A DNA stretch of 64,000 bases, taken from an uncultured Chlamydiae bacterium (GTDB lineage Bacteria; Chlamydiota; Chlamydiia; Chlamydiales; SM23-39). The stretch is from NCBI GenBank assembly GCA_963828125.1, contig CAWHDP010000002.1, forward strand, positions 576,001 through 640,000, written 5' to 3'. Position numbers and translations under genes: made by a program. The notes under the pieces are model-generated. The model was given only the letters and a program-made list of their open reading frames with translations, ran no database searches and was not told the origin of the DNA. Positions 9,803 through 20,319 of the stretch are shown piece by piece (positions within the stretch are counted from its first letter, which is position 1; every line of letters begins with the position of its first letter).

Positions 9803-10861
9803 TTATTTTTGCAAAACGGCTTCCTGCGCTACGAGTTTCTGTTCGCAGAAGTTGAAAACTGAGATATTACCATATTTACTGCAAGATAAAGAGTTCGAAT
9901 TAGGCGTCTCTTCGCTATTAGAAAATTCGGAAACTTTCTTTAGCAGAACAGTTATAGTGTTATGGCATATGATGTTTGCATCACTGCTCACTTGAATTTC
10001 TGATTGAATTTTTACAATAGGCTCAAAAAAATGCCATTCCGCTGGCATTAGCATTTGCTCTACCGCCAAACATTTACAAGAAATCGTCTCGTCTGCTGGC
10101 TGTATGTTTACTTGTATTTTCCCATCTCTTATCCGTTTCTCTGCTGAGACTTTAAGTACAGATCCATAAACATTGACCAAAGTGAAGCCTTCTCTTAAAT
10201 CTTGACCATGAGCTTTATAAAACGCATGTTCATCAAGAGGCTTGGTCTTTTTTAAAAACTCAGACCACATCTTTGAATCTTCTGCCGAAGAAGAGTGTTG
10301 ATTAGGAGGATAAATAAGCGCCGCACATAATACTTGACCGCCTTCATTAAGTCCTATCCAGGCTACATTGACTTCATCGTCATCCATCGTTGCATCCATG
10401 CTCATTACCGGATGGAGACCCCATTTCCACTTATTGATAACCCAATTCTTTATTCCTTGAGAGGCAAGATCAGAATCTGAGCCTTCATCCGAAAAACTAT
10501 TTTCATCGATTTGAGACACACTTAGGCTGACATCCACACGAATGACAGCTGATTTCAGATGAGATATTCCTTTTTCAAAGTAGGCTTCTAAGACATCTTT
10601 ATCTCCCCAATATACTTTACTCCAATCTTGAGGATGACGAAGTGCAACGAAATGAGCCGGCAGGCAAGGTTCAACCGCAGGCAATATCATGTAACCAGGC
10701 AAAAGCTTTTGGATCCTTAAATCTTCCCAAACTATGTCTCTTTCTACCACATTAGATACAACACCTGGATCATTAGAAATCGAAGTGTGAGAACAACTAG
10801 ATACAAGGGTCATTAGAAAAATGATCAATAGAATTCGCTTACACATTCCCTTATCGCTCAT
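9803..10861 (-). CDS. Putative lipoprotein
   Basis: Basic N-terminus, hydrophobic stretch and lipobox-like LVSSC. Confidence 0.65.
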   Translation of the reverse strand: MSDKGMCKRILLIIFLMTLVSSCSHTSISNDPGVVSNVVERDIVWEDLRIQKLLPGYMILPAVEPCLPAHFVALRHPQDWSKVYWGDKDVLEAYFEKGISHLKSAVIRVDVSLSVSQIDENSFSDEGSDSDLASQGIKNWVINKWKWGLHPVMSMDATMDDDEVNVAWIGLNEGGQVLCAALIYPPNQHSSSAEDSKMWSEFLKKTKPLDEHAFYKAHGQDLREGFTLVNVYGSVLKVSAEKRIRDGKIQVNIQPADETISCKCLAVEQMLMPAEWHFFEPIVKIQSEIQVSSDANIICHNTITVLLKKVSEFSNSEETPNSNSLSCSKYGNISVFNFCEQKLVAQEAVLQK

Positions 10862-10949
10862 ATGATCCCCTGCCTATTGCTATTACAAGGACACGATGTT
10901 ATGAGGAGAAACTTTTTAAATCCAGAGGGAATCAAACCCTGATTTTCAA

Positions 10950-11082
10950 AACACACTTGAGACACAGTTCGACCCTATTCTGCTTAACTCTGGACAGCAG
11001 CCAGTAGTTGAGCGAAAGGGAACTGATGGGTTATTCTACTGCTGTGAGCAGCGAATGAGTGCTGCGGTTGATGGTAAGTACG
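10950..11082 (+). repeat. Class-1 island arm ((A/G)ACACA x2, 11-bp period)
   Basis: Homologous to 3564-3695 and directly precedes the tRNA-derived core. Confidence 0.8.
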
Positions 11083-11129
11083 ACGGACTCATAACCCGTC
11101 GGTCCCTGGTTCAAGTCCAGGTTGCCCCA
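11083..11129 (+). repeat. att core: 3' half of a CAT-anticodon tRNA (Ile2- or Met-type), copy 1
   Basis: ACGGA-CTCATAA-CCCGT anticodon arm, T arm CCTGG-TTCAAGT-CCAGG, acceptor 3' strand TTGCCCCA. No D arm or 5' acceptor strand upstream. Confidence 0.9.
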
Positions 11130-11296
11130 CATTTCTTCCCGAGTTTATCACACTAAAAATGAGCTGGTTATGCAATAACACCAAAATCAGCTCAAAGTGC
11201 GATTTCTCTCCGTGGACCATTTGTGGACCACTCGCCTACAACAATTGGCGATAAGCCTAGCAGCTAACCTTTGAAAATTAAAACCAAAGGTAGCTC

Positions 11297-11963
11297 GTGA
11301 AAGGCATCGACAAACGCACCCACAAAGACGGGACGGTTTCTTACCGCGCCCGCGTTCGCATCAAAGGTCATCCAGTCCTCATCCAATCTTTCTCTTCCAA
11401 AACACTCGCCATGAAATGGAAGCGCGATACTGAATCGGCTGTTGAACGAGGCACTTTCTCTTATGAGAAACCAGGGACCAGACATACCCTCTCCGAACTG
11501 ATCGATCGCTATATCGAAAAAGTTTTACCTACCAAACCGAAGAACGCCCGCAAAAATCTCTAAACCGAGAATTTCGAATGAGCGCACCCGCTTCCTAAGC
11601 GATGAAGAACGAACAAGGCTCATTAAAGTATGCCAAGAGAGCGAATCAAAAGGACTCTACCCTGTTGTTATACTAGCTCTTTCGACAGGAATGAGGCGCG
11701 GCGAAATTCTCAATCTCAGATGGAGCGATGTCGATTTAGACCGAGGGGCGATTCTTTTGCAGACCACCAAAAATGGAGAACGCCGTTTTATCCCTCTTGT
11801 TGGGATTGCGCTAGATCTGCTCAAATCCCGACATATCAAGCAGTCTGCAAATTCTCTTGTATTCCCTGCGCCACATTGTCCATCAAAGCCAATCGATCTT
11901 CGTTCTGCGTGGGAAACTGCGCTCGAAAAAGCAAACATTTCCAACTTTCGATTCGATTCCTAA
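11297..11963 (+). pseudogene. Tyrosine integrase, internally deleted and 3'-truncated
   Basis: N-terminal arm-binding part (YRARVRIKG..AMKWKRD), then TGMRRGEILNLRW..TKNG.., ending NFRFDS where HxxR should follow. Confidence 0.85.
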
Positions 11964-12652
11964 CTATGCCGGTTTCATGGAAAGGCACTATTGCCCAATA
12001 CGTGGGCAGACTTCATCGCCTTCACGCAGATAAAAAGGAAGTCCAAGTGTATGATTATGCAGATCTTGGGGTGCCTATTCTCGAAAAGATGTTCAACCGA
12101 AGATGCCAAGGATATGAAGCTGTTGGTTACAAGATCCTTCTCCCCGCCAGCGCCATTCCTGGATGGCCTGCAGAAGTGCCTCTTCCCGTCGATCCTGCGT
12201 GGAAAGCAGATTATGCAGGCAGCGTGAAAAGACTGGTACGCGATGGAATCGATCTTCCTTTAGCTCACCTCTTTATCCAAGTTGCGACTATTTTGCCTCA
12301 TGAAGCAGAAGGAATAGATCGAGCCCGAAGTGCTAGCGAAAGATTTTTATTTCAGAGGTTGGACACACTTCCTCAAACTAAAGGGTTGTTCCGCCTAAAT
12401 GTGGAACTGGATATTCCTTTTGATGGTTGGGGTCGAATGGAGGTTGATCTCGTATGTAGTACACTAAAACTCGCCATTGAAATCGATGGAAGCCAACACC
12501 TCAGCTCTGTTGAAGCTTATCGCAGAGACCGACGAAAAGATACTTTGCTCCAAGAAAACGGCTACAAAGTACTTCGATTTCTGGCTGAAGATGTAGGTAA
12601 ATGCCTTGATGATGTCCTGGACACAATCTTACGCGTTTTAAGCTCACATTAA
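11955..12652 (+). pseudogene. 3' fragment of a superfamily-2 helicase fused to a DUF559/Vsr-like endonuclease
   Basis: MPVSWKGTIAQYVGRLHR..VYDYAD (helicase motif VI region), then EVDL..LAIEIDGSQH..RDRRKD..GYKVLRF. 5' part replaced by integrase sequence. Confidence 0.75.
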
Positions 12653-12741
12653 CAGCATATGGCCAAACCAGATCTTCATTTACAATAGATCAAAATAAGA
12701 ACTTCCCTTATCATTTTTTCTTCAATAACAGGGGCCTGTAT

Positions 12742-13890
12742 ATGAGCGAGTACCAGTACTACGAGTTTCAAGCCGTGGATCGGCCACTGAATGATAAAGA
12801 AATGAACGAACTCCGTTCTTTCTCCACACGTGCCGAGATTACACCTCATAGCTTTATTAATGATTACTCCTGGGGAAGCTTTAAAGGAGATGAAGATCGT
12901 TGGATAGAAAAATATTTCGATGGGTTCCTCTATTACGCCAATTGGGGCACTCACATCTTAAAATTGCGTCTCCCCTCCATTCTTTTAGACTTACAAACTA
13001 CACAGAATTACTGCAATGGCGACCATTTTTCAGTTCGTCTTAGCGGAGATAAAGTTATACTGGATTTTCTCTCCGAAAGCGAAGATGGCGGTGACTGGGA
13101 AGAAGATCTACGTCTTACATCCTTTTTAAGCCTACGCACGGACTTAAGCCGTGGTGACTTGCGCTGCTTGTACTTAGGCTGGCTATCGGGATTGCAAAGC
13201 GATGAATATGATGAAGAAGAGATTGAACCACCCGTACCCCCAGGCTTGCAAAATTTAAGCCCTGCTCTCGCAAATCTTGCCGACTTCCTACGAATCGATC
13301 CTGATCTAATTGATGCGGCTGCTATCAATAGCCCAACATTTGAAGATATCACCCCGAGCGTTGCAGATTTGCGCACTTGGATTACAACGCTTCCAATAAA
13401 CGAGAGAGACGATCTCCTGGCCAATATTTTAGCAGGCAGCATGCAGGGTAATCAAACCGCAGCGCTTCAGCAAGTGAGTCGTTTTACCAAAATATGGCAG
13501 ACGTTACAAGGGGACAAAAAAGCGAAGATTAAATCACGCACAGTGGGAGAGCTGCTCAAGAAGGCGGATCTCGTAAGGAAAAATAGAGAACGCCTTCAAG
13601 CTGAGAAAAAAGCCGCGGAATTAGCAGAGAAGCAAAGGTTGCAAAAAATAGCTCGAGAGAAAAGGTTAAATGAAATCATGGGCCAAGAACTCATCCTATG
13701 GGCACAGATAGAATCTTTAGCCTCTTGAAAGAAAGCCAAAAGTTACGACAAAGCCGTCGAACTGCTAACCGATCTACGTGATTTAGCTGCTCGTACAAAA
13801 GCTTCTGACTTTCACCTAAGGCTTAAGAACTTGAGAGTGAAACATTCTCCAAAATCGTCGTTTATTGAGCGCTTGCGAATTTTTTCATAA
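12742..13890 (+). pseudogene. Conserved hypothetical protein (MSEYQYYEF family) with an in-frame stop
   Basis: TGA at 13726-13728; the same frame continues KKAKSYDKAVELLTDLRDLA..FIERLRIFS* to 13890. Confidence 0.7.
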
Positions 13891-13914
13891 ACAATTTGGG
13901 ATTTTCAGAAAAAA

Positions 13915-15293
13915 ATGGAAGAGGGATTTTTATTAGAAGAGTTGCTCGCTAAGTCAGAAGGCAAAACCCTTGAATTCAAGGAGAACGCCTCTGCCCTTCC
14001 CAAAATCGTTCAAACAATCATACGCCTTTGCCAATACTGCTGGTGGCACTTTAGTCATTGGCATTCAAGATAAGACAAAGAATATCGTCGGACTGGCAAA
14101 TATCCTGCAAGACGAAGAAAGGATTGCCAACGCTGTCGCTGATTCAGTTGCCCCTATTTTGCTTCCGAACCTCCAATTTCTTTCTTGGAGAGGCAAAGAT
14201 TTGCTGATTGTCACCATACCTCACAGCTTAGGGCCTTTTTATCTCAAAGACAAAGGCGAAACTGCAGGAGTTTATGTGCGCCTAGGATCTACGAACCGTA
14301 TCGCAGATGCAGCAATGATCGCTGAAATCAAACGCTTGAAAGACCATACCTCCTTTGACCAGCTACCGGAAATGCGAGCATCGTTAGACGATTTAGATTT
14401 GGATTTTATAAAACATTTATTTGCAAAAATCGAAAAAACTTTTACAAAAGCTCAAGCAAAATCCTTGGAACTCGTCGCAGACTATAGAGAAATACCCCAT
14501 CCCACGAAAGGCGGCATGCTGCTGTTCGGAAAACGGCGAGAAGAACTATTTCCTGATCCGCTCATTCGGTTGATCCGATTTGATGGAATAACCAAGTCAA
14601 GTGCCATTGACCATGCGGATATCAAAAGTCCCCTTCCGACAGCTATTGACGAGACTTGGGCATTCATTCGTAGAAACACTTTTATGAAAGCGGTGATCCG
14701 CTCTATTCGTAGAGAGGATATCCCAGAATATCCCACAGAAGCCGTTCGAGAAGCGGTAATCAATGCAATCCTTCATGCCGATTATTCGACCATGCGCTCT
14801 TGTATCCAAATTGCTATTTTCGATGACAGAATGGAAATCACTAATCCAGGTCCTCTACCCCTTGGATTAAGTTTAGAGACAGCAATGTCTGGAGTCTCAC
14901 AGCTACGCAATCGAGTCCTCGGTAGGGTATTTAGAGAGCTACGCTTAATCGAACAATGGGGATCAGGGCTTTCTCGCATGCATAAGATTTGCTTAGAGCA
15001 GGGACATCCTCCTCCGAAATTCGAAGAACTTGATCTATTCTTCAGAGTGACTCTCTATCCCAAAGCAGGAACACAATCGGCTATTCCCCCCCCCCTGGTA
15101 CACGCCTCTTTTTGAATATCTCCAAAAAGAAGGCAAGGTCTCCGTCCAAGAAGCTGAAAAATTATGGAAGGTCTCACGTAAAACAGCCAACCAACGACTC
15201 AAACAACTCTGTAAAGAAGGGGTACTCACCGAGATGTCCCAAGGTCCGTTTGATCCTCATAAAGTTTTTATTTCAACAAAGAGGCACTCTTGA
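13915..15293 (+). pseudogene. Schlafen/AlbA_2 + HATPase_c_4 + winged-helix protein, two frameshifts
   Basis: EGKTLEFKE, frameshift near 14021, AFANTAGG, REAVINAILH, NPG, RN..IEQWGSG, frameshift at the C10 tract 15086-15095, then an HTH tail. Confidence 0.8.
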
Positions 15294-15370
15294 AGCAACC
15301 CTGGAGTCTTGACCTCCAAGGTTCTCCAGGGTTCCTGAAAAGAAGGATACCAACAATCGCAAACTCTTAA

Positions 15371-15712
15371 TTACAATGCATCTAATAGACCACAGATCAG
15401 AAGCATAGCAACAAATACATACACGGGCAATCCAGCAAAGATAAGCGCTTTGTTTACTTGACGACGAAAATACCTCGACCACAGCAGATAAATGCTTGCA
15501 GGGATAGACAAAGGAACGCAAGACATAACGACTACAATAACGCCTATTGTAAGAGGGGTTTCTGTAGGGCGCTCAAAAGCAAGCATGGAACACACAAAGG
15601 CCATGCCTAAAAGAAAAGGAAACGCAAGCACATAGATAGTGGTACACATGCCTAACCCCCATTTGAGCATTTTAGGTTGCAGAGTTGATGCCTTTGATTG
15701 AGGGTTGGACAT
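15371..15712 (-). CDS. Small multi-pass membrane protein, candidate immunity protein for 15714..17171
   Basis: ATG immediately after the upstream stop; about three hydrophobic segments. Confidence 0.65.
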   Translation of the reverse strand: MSNPQSKASTLQPKMLKWGLGMCTTIYVLAFPFLLGMAFVCSMLAFERPTETPLTIGVIVVVMSCVPLSIPASIYLLWSRYFRRQVNKALIFAGLPVYVFVAMLLICGLLDAL

Positions 15713-15713
15713 G

Positions 15714-17171
15714 TTACCTACGATATTTTTGAATAATCTGCAGAACCGTATTCTGATAACAGTCGCTAGCAAATTCGTGTTTCCAGCGACTACCTGGGTC
15801 TGGGTCCAATATGGTCAGGTTGTTGATTTTGGAAAACATATCCTGATAATGCCGAGTTTTAGCTTCTGCAAACTTTTTTATCACCTCAGCATCAATCGAG
15901 TCTAATTCCAAAATTGCATCTTCAAAAGCCCACTCGCGGATCATTTGATCATCAGTTAATCCTGCTTTATGAGCATTATAGCGCTTAAGAGCAAGCGTTT
16001 GTAAATTAGGTGATCCCATCAAACATACATAGTCGGCCACGCTCGCATAATTGTGAGAATCGAAGTGACTCTTACCAGAGGCAATAAAAGACCCTCCGCC
16101 AAAAGTGAAAATCCTCAAGGCCGCTCTTTCAGTGAATTCAAGAAACTCAAGCGCATGTTCCAGAATAATTCCACCTTGGCTATGCGCAAAAAGAATCACG
16201 GGGGCATTTTCTTCTTTTTGTAGCACCAAAAGGTATCGCAAAAATTTGACAGCTCGCTCAATCACTGGCAGTTCGAGAGAAGCTTTTAACAATATGCAAT
16301 GTCCGAAATCCACAGACCCTTTAAATTCTTTCGTATCATTCTGCATTGCTAGGACGCGTTCTCCTCCGGCCATGAAGGAAATCTGATTCGCTGCTTTCAA
16401 AGCGTCCTGTTTACTGTTGTCAATGCCGTTTATAAAGGCCCAAATACACTGCCCTTCTTTTGCAGTGCCAACGATTCGCATAAATGAAACAATATCTTGG
16501 GGCTGTGGAGCAGTTGCAAACGGAAGCCGGATATGCTGAATCAAATGATCGGGGCGTGAACGCAGATGGGTATGGCCATTATGTTCGTGAACTACGATGG
16601 CATCTAAGCGATTTTGCTCAACCCATTGAATGGCCTCCTCTTTGGAAAGGATGACATTACCTCCAATCAAGTAGGTGTCTTGACTCCCACCACTTTCGAT
16701 CTTTCCCAGTATTTTAGGCATGAAATGAAATTTTTCATCGCCTTGGGAACGGTAGTTGCACAGCTTCTCGATCCCAAAAAGCAACTGACTAAATTGTTGT
16801 TTGCTGAGAGCCTTGACCTTCATTTTAATGGGAATATCGGTCAGCTTAGATAACCGCCCCGCAAAATCATCTGGGTTATTCGGTTGGTAGTGTTTGGCGA
16901 TAGCTTTGAGTGATCCATTAAAATATTTCTTAGAATGAAGCCAATTGGATAGCGCTGCACGCCCATTTTCTGGGCTGGCAAAAATTGCATAACGGCCAAA
17001 ATGACCTATAGAACCTTGCTTAGAGAAAAACCGACTGGCGCTATGAACTAATCCGGGATTATTCAAACGCCAAGCTAGGCTGCCACCAGTCGCGGCATAT
17101 TTATTTCCTGCCGAGTCCAGGTAAAAAACAATATTGCCATCTTGACAGTAAGCCGCTTTATACATGGCCAA
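15714..17171 (-). CDS. Multidomain toxin-like protein: NNPG lysozyme-like N-terminus, DUF3892-like middle, alpha/beta-hydrolase C-terminus
   Basis: SLAWRLNNPGL..YAIFASPENGRAAL; LSKEEAI..HLRSRPD; FINGIDN..AHSQGG..NYASVADYV..KHEF, matching the tips of RHS-B and RHS-C. Confidence 0.7.
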   Translation of the reverse strand: MAMYKAAYCQDGNIVFYLDSAGNKYAATGGSLAWRLNNPGLVHSASRFFSKQGSIGHFGRYAIFASPENGRAALSNWLHSKKYFNGSLKAIAKHYQPNNPDDFAGRLSKLTDIPIKMKVKALSKQQFSQLLFGIEKLCNYRSQGDEKFHFMPKILGKIESGGSQDTYLIGGNVILSKEEAIQWVEQNRLDAIVVHEHNGHTHLRSRPDHLIQHIRLPFATAPQPQDIVSFMRIVGTAKEGQCIWAFINGIDNSKQDALKAANQISFMAGGERVLAMQNDTKEFKGSVDFGHCILLKASLELPVIERAVKFLRYLLVLQKEENAPVILFAHSQGGIILEHALEFLEFTERAALRIFTFGGGSFIASGKSHFDSHNYASVADYVCLMGSPNLQTLALKRYNAHKAGLTDDQMIREWAFEDAILELDSIDAEVIKKFAEAKTRHYQDMFSKINNLTILDPDPGSRWKHEFASDCYQNTVLQIIQKYRR

Positions 17172-17356
17172 AGATCATATCAAAAAGAGGGGCTCAAAAC
17201 CATCCGAATCGATCTACTCTTTAAATTCCGTGGACCATTTGTGGACCACTGGCATACAAAAAAGTGCGATAAGTGACAGTAGATCGCAGTAGCTGGAAAG
17301 GGGCGCTTTCCGCTATGATTTTGGGCAGTTAGCTGCTAAATGGCAGGAGCGGTGCT

Positions 17357-17405
17357 GCGGACTCATAACCCGTCGGGCCTTAGGTATCAAGTCCAGGTTG
17401 CCCCA
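17357..17405 (+). repeat. att core: tRNA-CAT 3' half, copy 2 (degenerate T arm)
   Basis: GCGGACTCATAACCCGTCGG..TCAAGTCCAGGTTGCCCCA with small indels. Confidence 0.85.
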
Positions 17406-17570
17406 CATTTCATAACCAGCACAAATCCATACACATCGGATAGATTCGACTTGATCCAACCATACCGATCAAGTTAAGATTATGTCCTTCGGTGCAATGG
17501 CGGTGCAACGAGCCACAACTTTATTCGGCAGCGCCATCCAACCCAAACCCGAAAACACAAGGTTGGAACT

Positions 17571-18152
17571 ATGGCATCTATCTATAAACGCAAAGACGGT
17601 AAAGGCGGGCGCGCTGTCGTCCGCATCACAGGCTACCCCACTGTCTGCGATCATTTCGAACGAAAAAAACAAGCAGAAGATTGGGCCGTCGAAATAGAAA
17701 GGCAGATCAAACTCGGTCAATATAAATTCGATCAACACAACCATCTTCATACTTTCGGCGAGTTAACCGAACGCTACTTAAATGATGGAGCTATCGAACA
17801 TCATCGCTCAGCCAAAGATACTCGCCGTCATCTCGTTTACTGGAGGTCTCATTTCTCTGCTTTCGCTCTTATCCATCTTACCCCTGAGCTGATCGGCAAA
17901 GAACGACTTCACCTACTCAAAACTCCTACACATCGAGGAACAAAGAGGACACCGGCTACTGTCAATCGCTATATAGCCTCGCTCTCTCTACTCTTTAGCT
18001 ACGCGGTCAAGCAACTTCACTGGATTAGCAAAAACCCCTGCACAAGTCTAATCAAACTCAAAGAAAATCCTGGAAGAGATCGAGTGTTAACTAACGATGA
18101 AATCGAACGCCTTCTCCAAGCGTGCCGCAAGAGTCGATCCATCTACCTCTGA
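17571..18152 (+). pseudogene. Tyrosine integrase, N-terminal half
   Basis: Paralog of 29221..30294; stops at ..RKSRSIYL just before the catalytic Arg motif. Confidence 0.9.
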
Positions 18153-18298
18153 GAAATGGATGGACTATCGGCTACCATACCAGACATGCCTGCAAACCAC
18201 AATAAAAAGGGGAACAATAAACTATAGATAATTGTCGCATTTTGAGCGTATCCTTTCATTTTCTTTTGATCTTCAGTTTGTAACACAATTTTTGACAT
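18143..18298 (-). pseudogene. Truncated membrane protein resembling 15371..15712
   Basis: Manual translation MSKIVLQTEDQKKMKGYAQNATIIYSLLFPFLLWFAGMSGMVADSPSISQR*; compare TIYVLAFPFLL. A second copy starts at 19777. Confidence 0.55.
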
Positions 18299-18318
18299 TC
18301 TTTTTCCCTACAAAATTT

Positions 18319-18840
18319 TTATTCAGAAGAAATTGTTCGCGAAGCTTGCTCGTAAGTCTCCTCATAAATCGCTTGGCGAGGATTTGCACGAGTGTAATAC
18401 TCGAGGTCTCCATTTATACATTCAATACAATAAATTTTTTCTAGAGGAAGCTCAGATCTGTCTGGATTGTAAACGAAAATTCTTATTTCAACATTTTTAG
18501 CAGTAAAAGGATACTCATGAAGATAAGGCCTAACTTCTTTATTATTATTGATTGCTGACAGATATTCATTGATAGCATAAATAGTAAGTTCCCTGGCTGT
18601 TTTAAGGTTTACCTCTTGATAATAATTAAAACTCATTGCCATCATCTGTATGTCATCCATCATTTGTCCCCCTGTTCCTATAAGATACAGGTTCTTTTGC
18701 GCTTTCAATTCTTTTGCAGTTTTTTCCGTAATTTCATGGGCTAGTTTTACATAACGAGGAGACTGATAGCCAAAAGATGAACACCCAAAAAGAAAAGAAA
18801 ACATAAATAGGATTACCCCAACGTTAAAAAATAACTTCAC
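18319..18840 (-). CDS. Lipoprotein immunity paralog (orphan module)
   Basis: Lipobox LFGC; GTGA overlap with the orphan tip; close paralog of 19798..20319. Confidence 0.8.
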   Translation of the reverse strand: MKLFFNVGVILFMFSFLFGCSSFGYQSPRYVKLAHEITEKTAKELKAQKNLYLIGTGGQMMDDIQMMAMSFNYYQEVNLKTARELTIYAINEYLSAINNNKEVRPYLHEYPFTAKNVEIRIFVYNPDRSELPLEKIYCIECINGDLEYYTRANPRQAIYEETYEQASRTISSE

Positions 18841-19647
18841 TTTTTACCTCCATAATTTTTGATATAACTGTTAATATGGCGTTCTATTGGATCTTTAAAA
18901 GTAGGACTTAAAAACTCATGATCCCAAAAATTGGCATTGGGATGCGGTTCTAGCACTTGCAACTGATTTCCATATTTTATCTTCCCTATGACGTCGAGAC
19001 GAGTAACAATATCCCGTCTACTCATGTAGTTATAAGACCTAAAGCATAGTTCTTCTGGAATAATGGCAGCGGGGGCGAGAGCTAGGCTAATGATTCTTTG
19101 CTGGACTGATTTTGGCGAGGTCAAAAGAGCATTGTAGACCTGAAGGGCGCCTCCACTGTGGCTAATCTGTAGAAATTTTTCATCAGGTCCATGTGTGGCA
19201 ATAAAGTGATTCCATTGATTTTTTAATAATTGAACGGGTGGAGTATGCATTCTCATATGTCCTAGTCCGCATTCTAGGACATCGATCACTGTTGATACCC
19301 ACTGAATACTATCCCAGTTGGTTGCATTATAAATCCCATAAACTTTGGCTCCCCCTGCATATTGGCTCAATTGTTGTGCACTTGCTATAGATTTAGTTTG
19401 TTGATTGTTAATCCCATTGATGAATCCTATTCCACCACAAGGTAAATCAAAAGAACCTACCTGGAAAGAGCCTGAACGCACTTGAAATTCTTCTTCAGGA
19501 TCGTAGAGAGAATGGGTGATTAAAGTTTGCTCTCCTGATTTTGTATAGCGAGTCTGGAGTCTTCTACCCAAAGCATCGTAAGAGGCTTCCCAGAGATAAG
19601 AAGGGTCGGTCACTTTGGTCAATTTGCCCCATGGATCCCAAGACAAT
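18837..19647 (-). pseudogene. Orphan RHS C-terminal toxin module (alpha/beta-hydrolase tip)
   Basis: 19481-19647 copies 21500-21666 and is joined directly to a copy of the tip (ending 20959); no credible start codon. Confidence 0.85.
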
Positions 19648-19797
19648 CGGCTACCATACCAGACATGCCTGCAAACCACAATAAAAAGGGGAACAATAAA
19701 CTATAGATAATTGTCGCATTTTGAGCGTATCCTTTCATTTTCTTTTGATCTTCAGTTTGTAACACAATTTTTGACATTCTTTTTCCCTACAAAATTT

Positions 19798-20319
19798 TTA
19801 TTCAGAAGAAATTGTTCGCGAAGCTTGCTCGTAAGTCTCCTCATAAATCGCTTGGCGAGGATTTGCACGAGTGTAATACTTAAGCGTGCCATTAAGAGAA
19901 GTAATACAATCTATTTTTTCTGGTGGAAGCTCAGACCTGTCTGGATTGTAAATGAAAATTCTTATTTCAATGTTTTTGGCATTAAATGGATATTCATGAA
20001 GATAAAGTCTTATTTCTTTATTACTATTGATTGCTGATAGATATTCATTGATGACATGGACAATAAGCTCTCGACCTGTTTTGAGATCAACCTCTTGATA
20101 ATAATCAAAGCTCATAGCCAACATCTGTATGTCATCCATCATTTGTCCTCCTGTTCCTGCAAGGTACAAATTCTTTTGAGCTTTTAATTCCTTTGCAGTT
20201 TTTTCCGTAATTTCATGAGCTAGTTTTACATAACGGGGAGACTGATAGCCAAAAGAAGAACACCCAAAAAGAAAAGAGAACATAAATAGGATCACTCCAA
20301 TGCTAAAAAATAATCTCAT
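19798..20319 (-). CDS. Lipoprotein immunity protein for RHS-B
   Basis: ATGA overlap with the toxin stop; lipobox LFGC. Confidence 0.8.
   Translation of the reverse strand: MRLFFSIGVILFMFSFLFGCSSFGYQSPRYVKLAHEITEKTAKELKAQKNLYLAGTGGQMMDDIQMLAMSFDYYQEVDLKTGRELIVHVINEYLSAINSNKEIRLYLHEYPFNAKNIEIRIFIYNPDRSELPPEKIDCITSLNGTLKYYTRANPRQAIYEETYEQASRTISSE

Larger units (their letters stand above)
11083..17405 (+). mobile_element. tRNA-targeted tyrosine-integrase island (GTGGACCA arm class), degenerate
   Basis: Bounded by two tRNA-derived cores; GTGGACCAtttGTGGACCA inside both ends (11212-11230, 17230-17248); integrase remnant at the left end. Confidence 0.8.

Noticed and set aside
11630..12652. 340-aa ORF as a genuine novel protein
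   Set aside because: The first ~110 codons are an off-frame reading of integrase DNA fused to a helicase fragment.
13726..13728. Recoded TGA (selenocysteine or genetic code 4)
   Set aside because: TGA terminates many intact genes here, and neighbouring genes are also decayed, so a nonsense mutation is simpler.
15086..15095. Phase variation at the C10 tract (also the runs near 53650 and 56116)
   Set aside because: The gene has a second, independent frameshift; homopolymer indels may equally be decay or sequencing error and cannot be resolved without reads.
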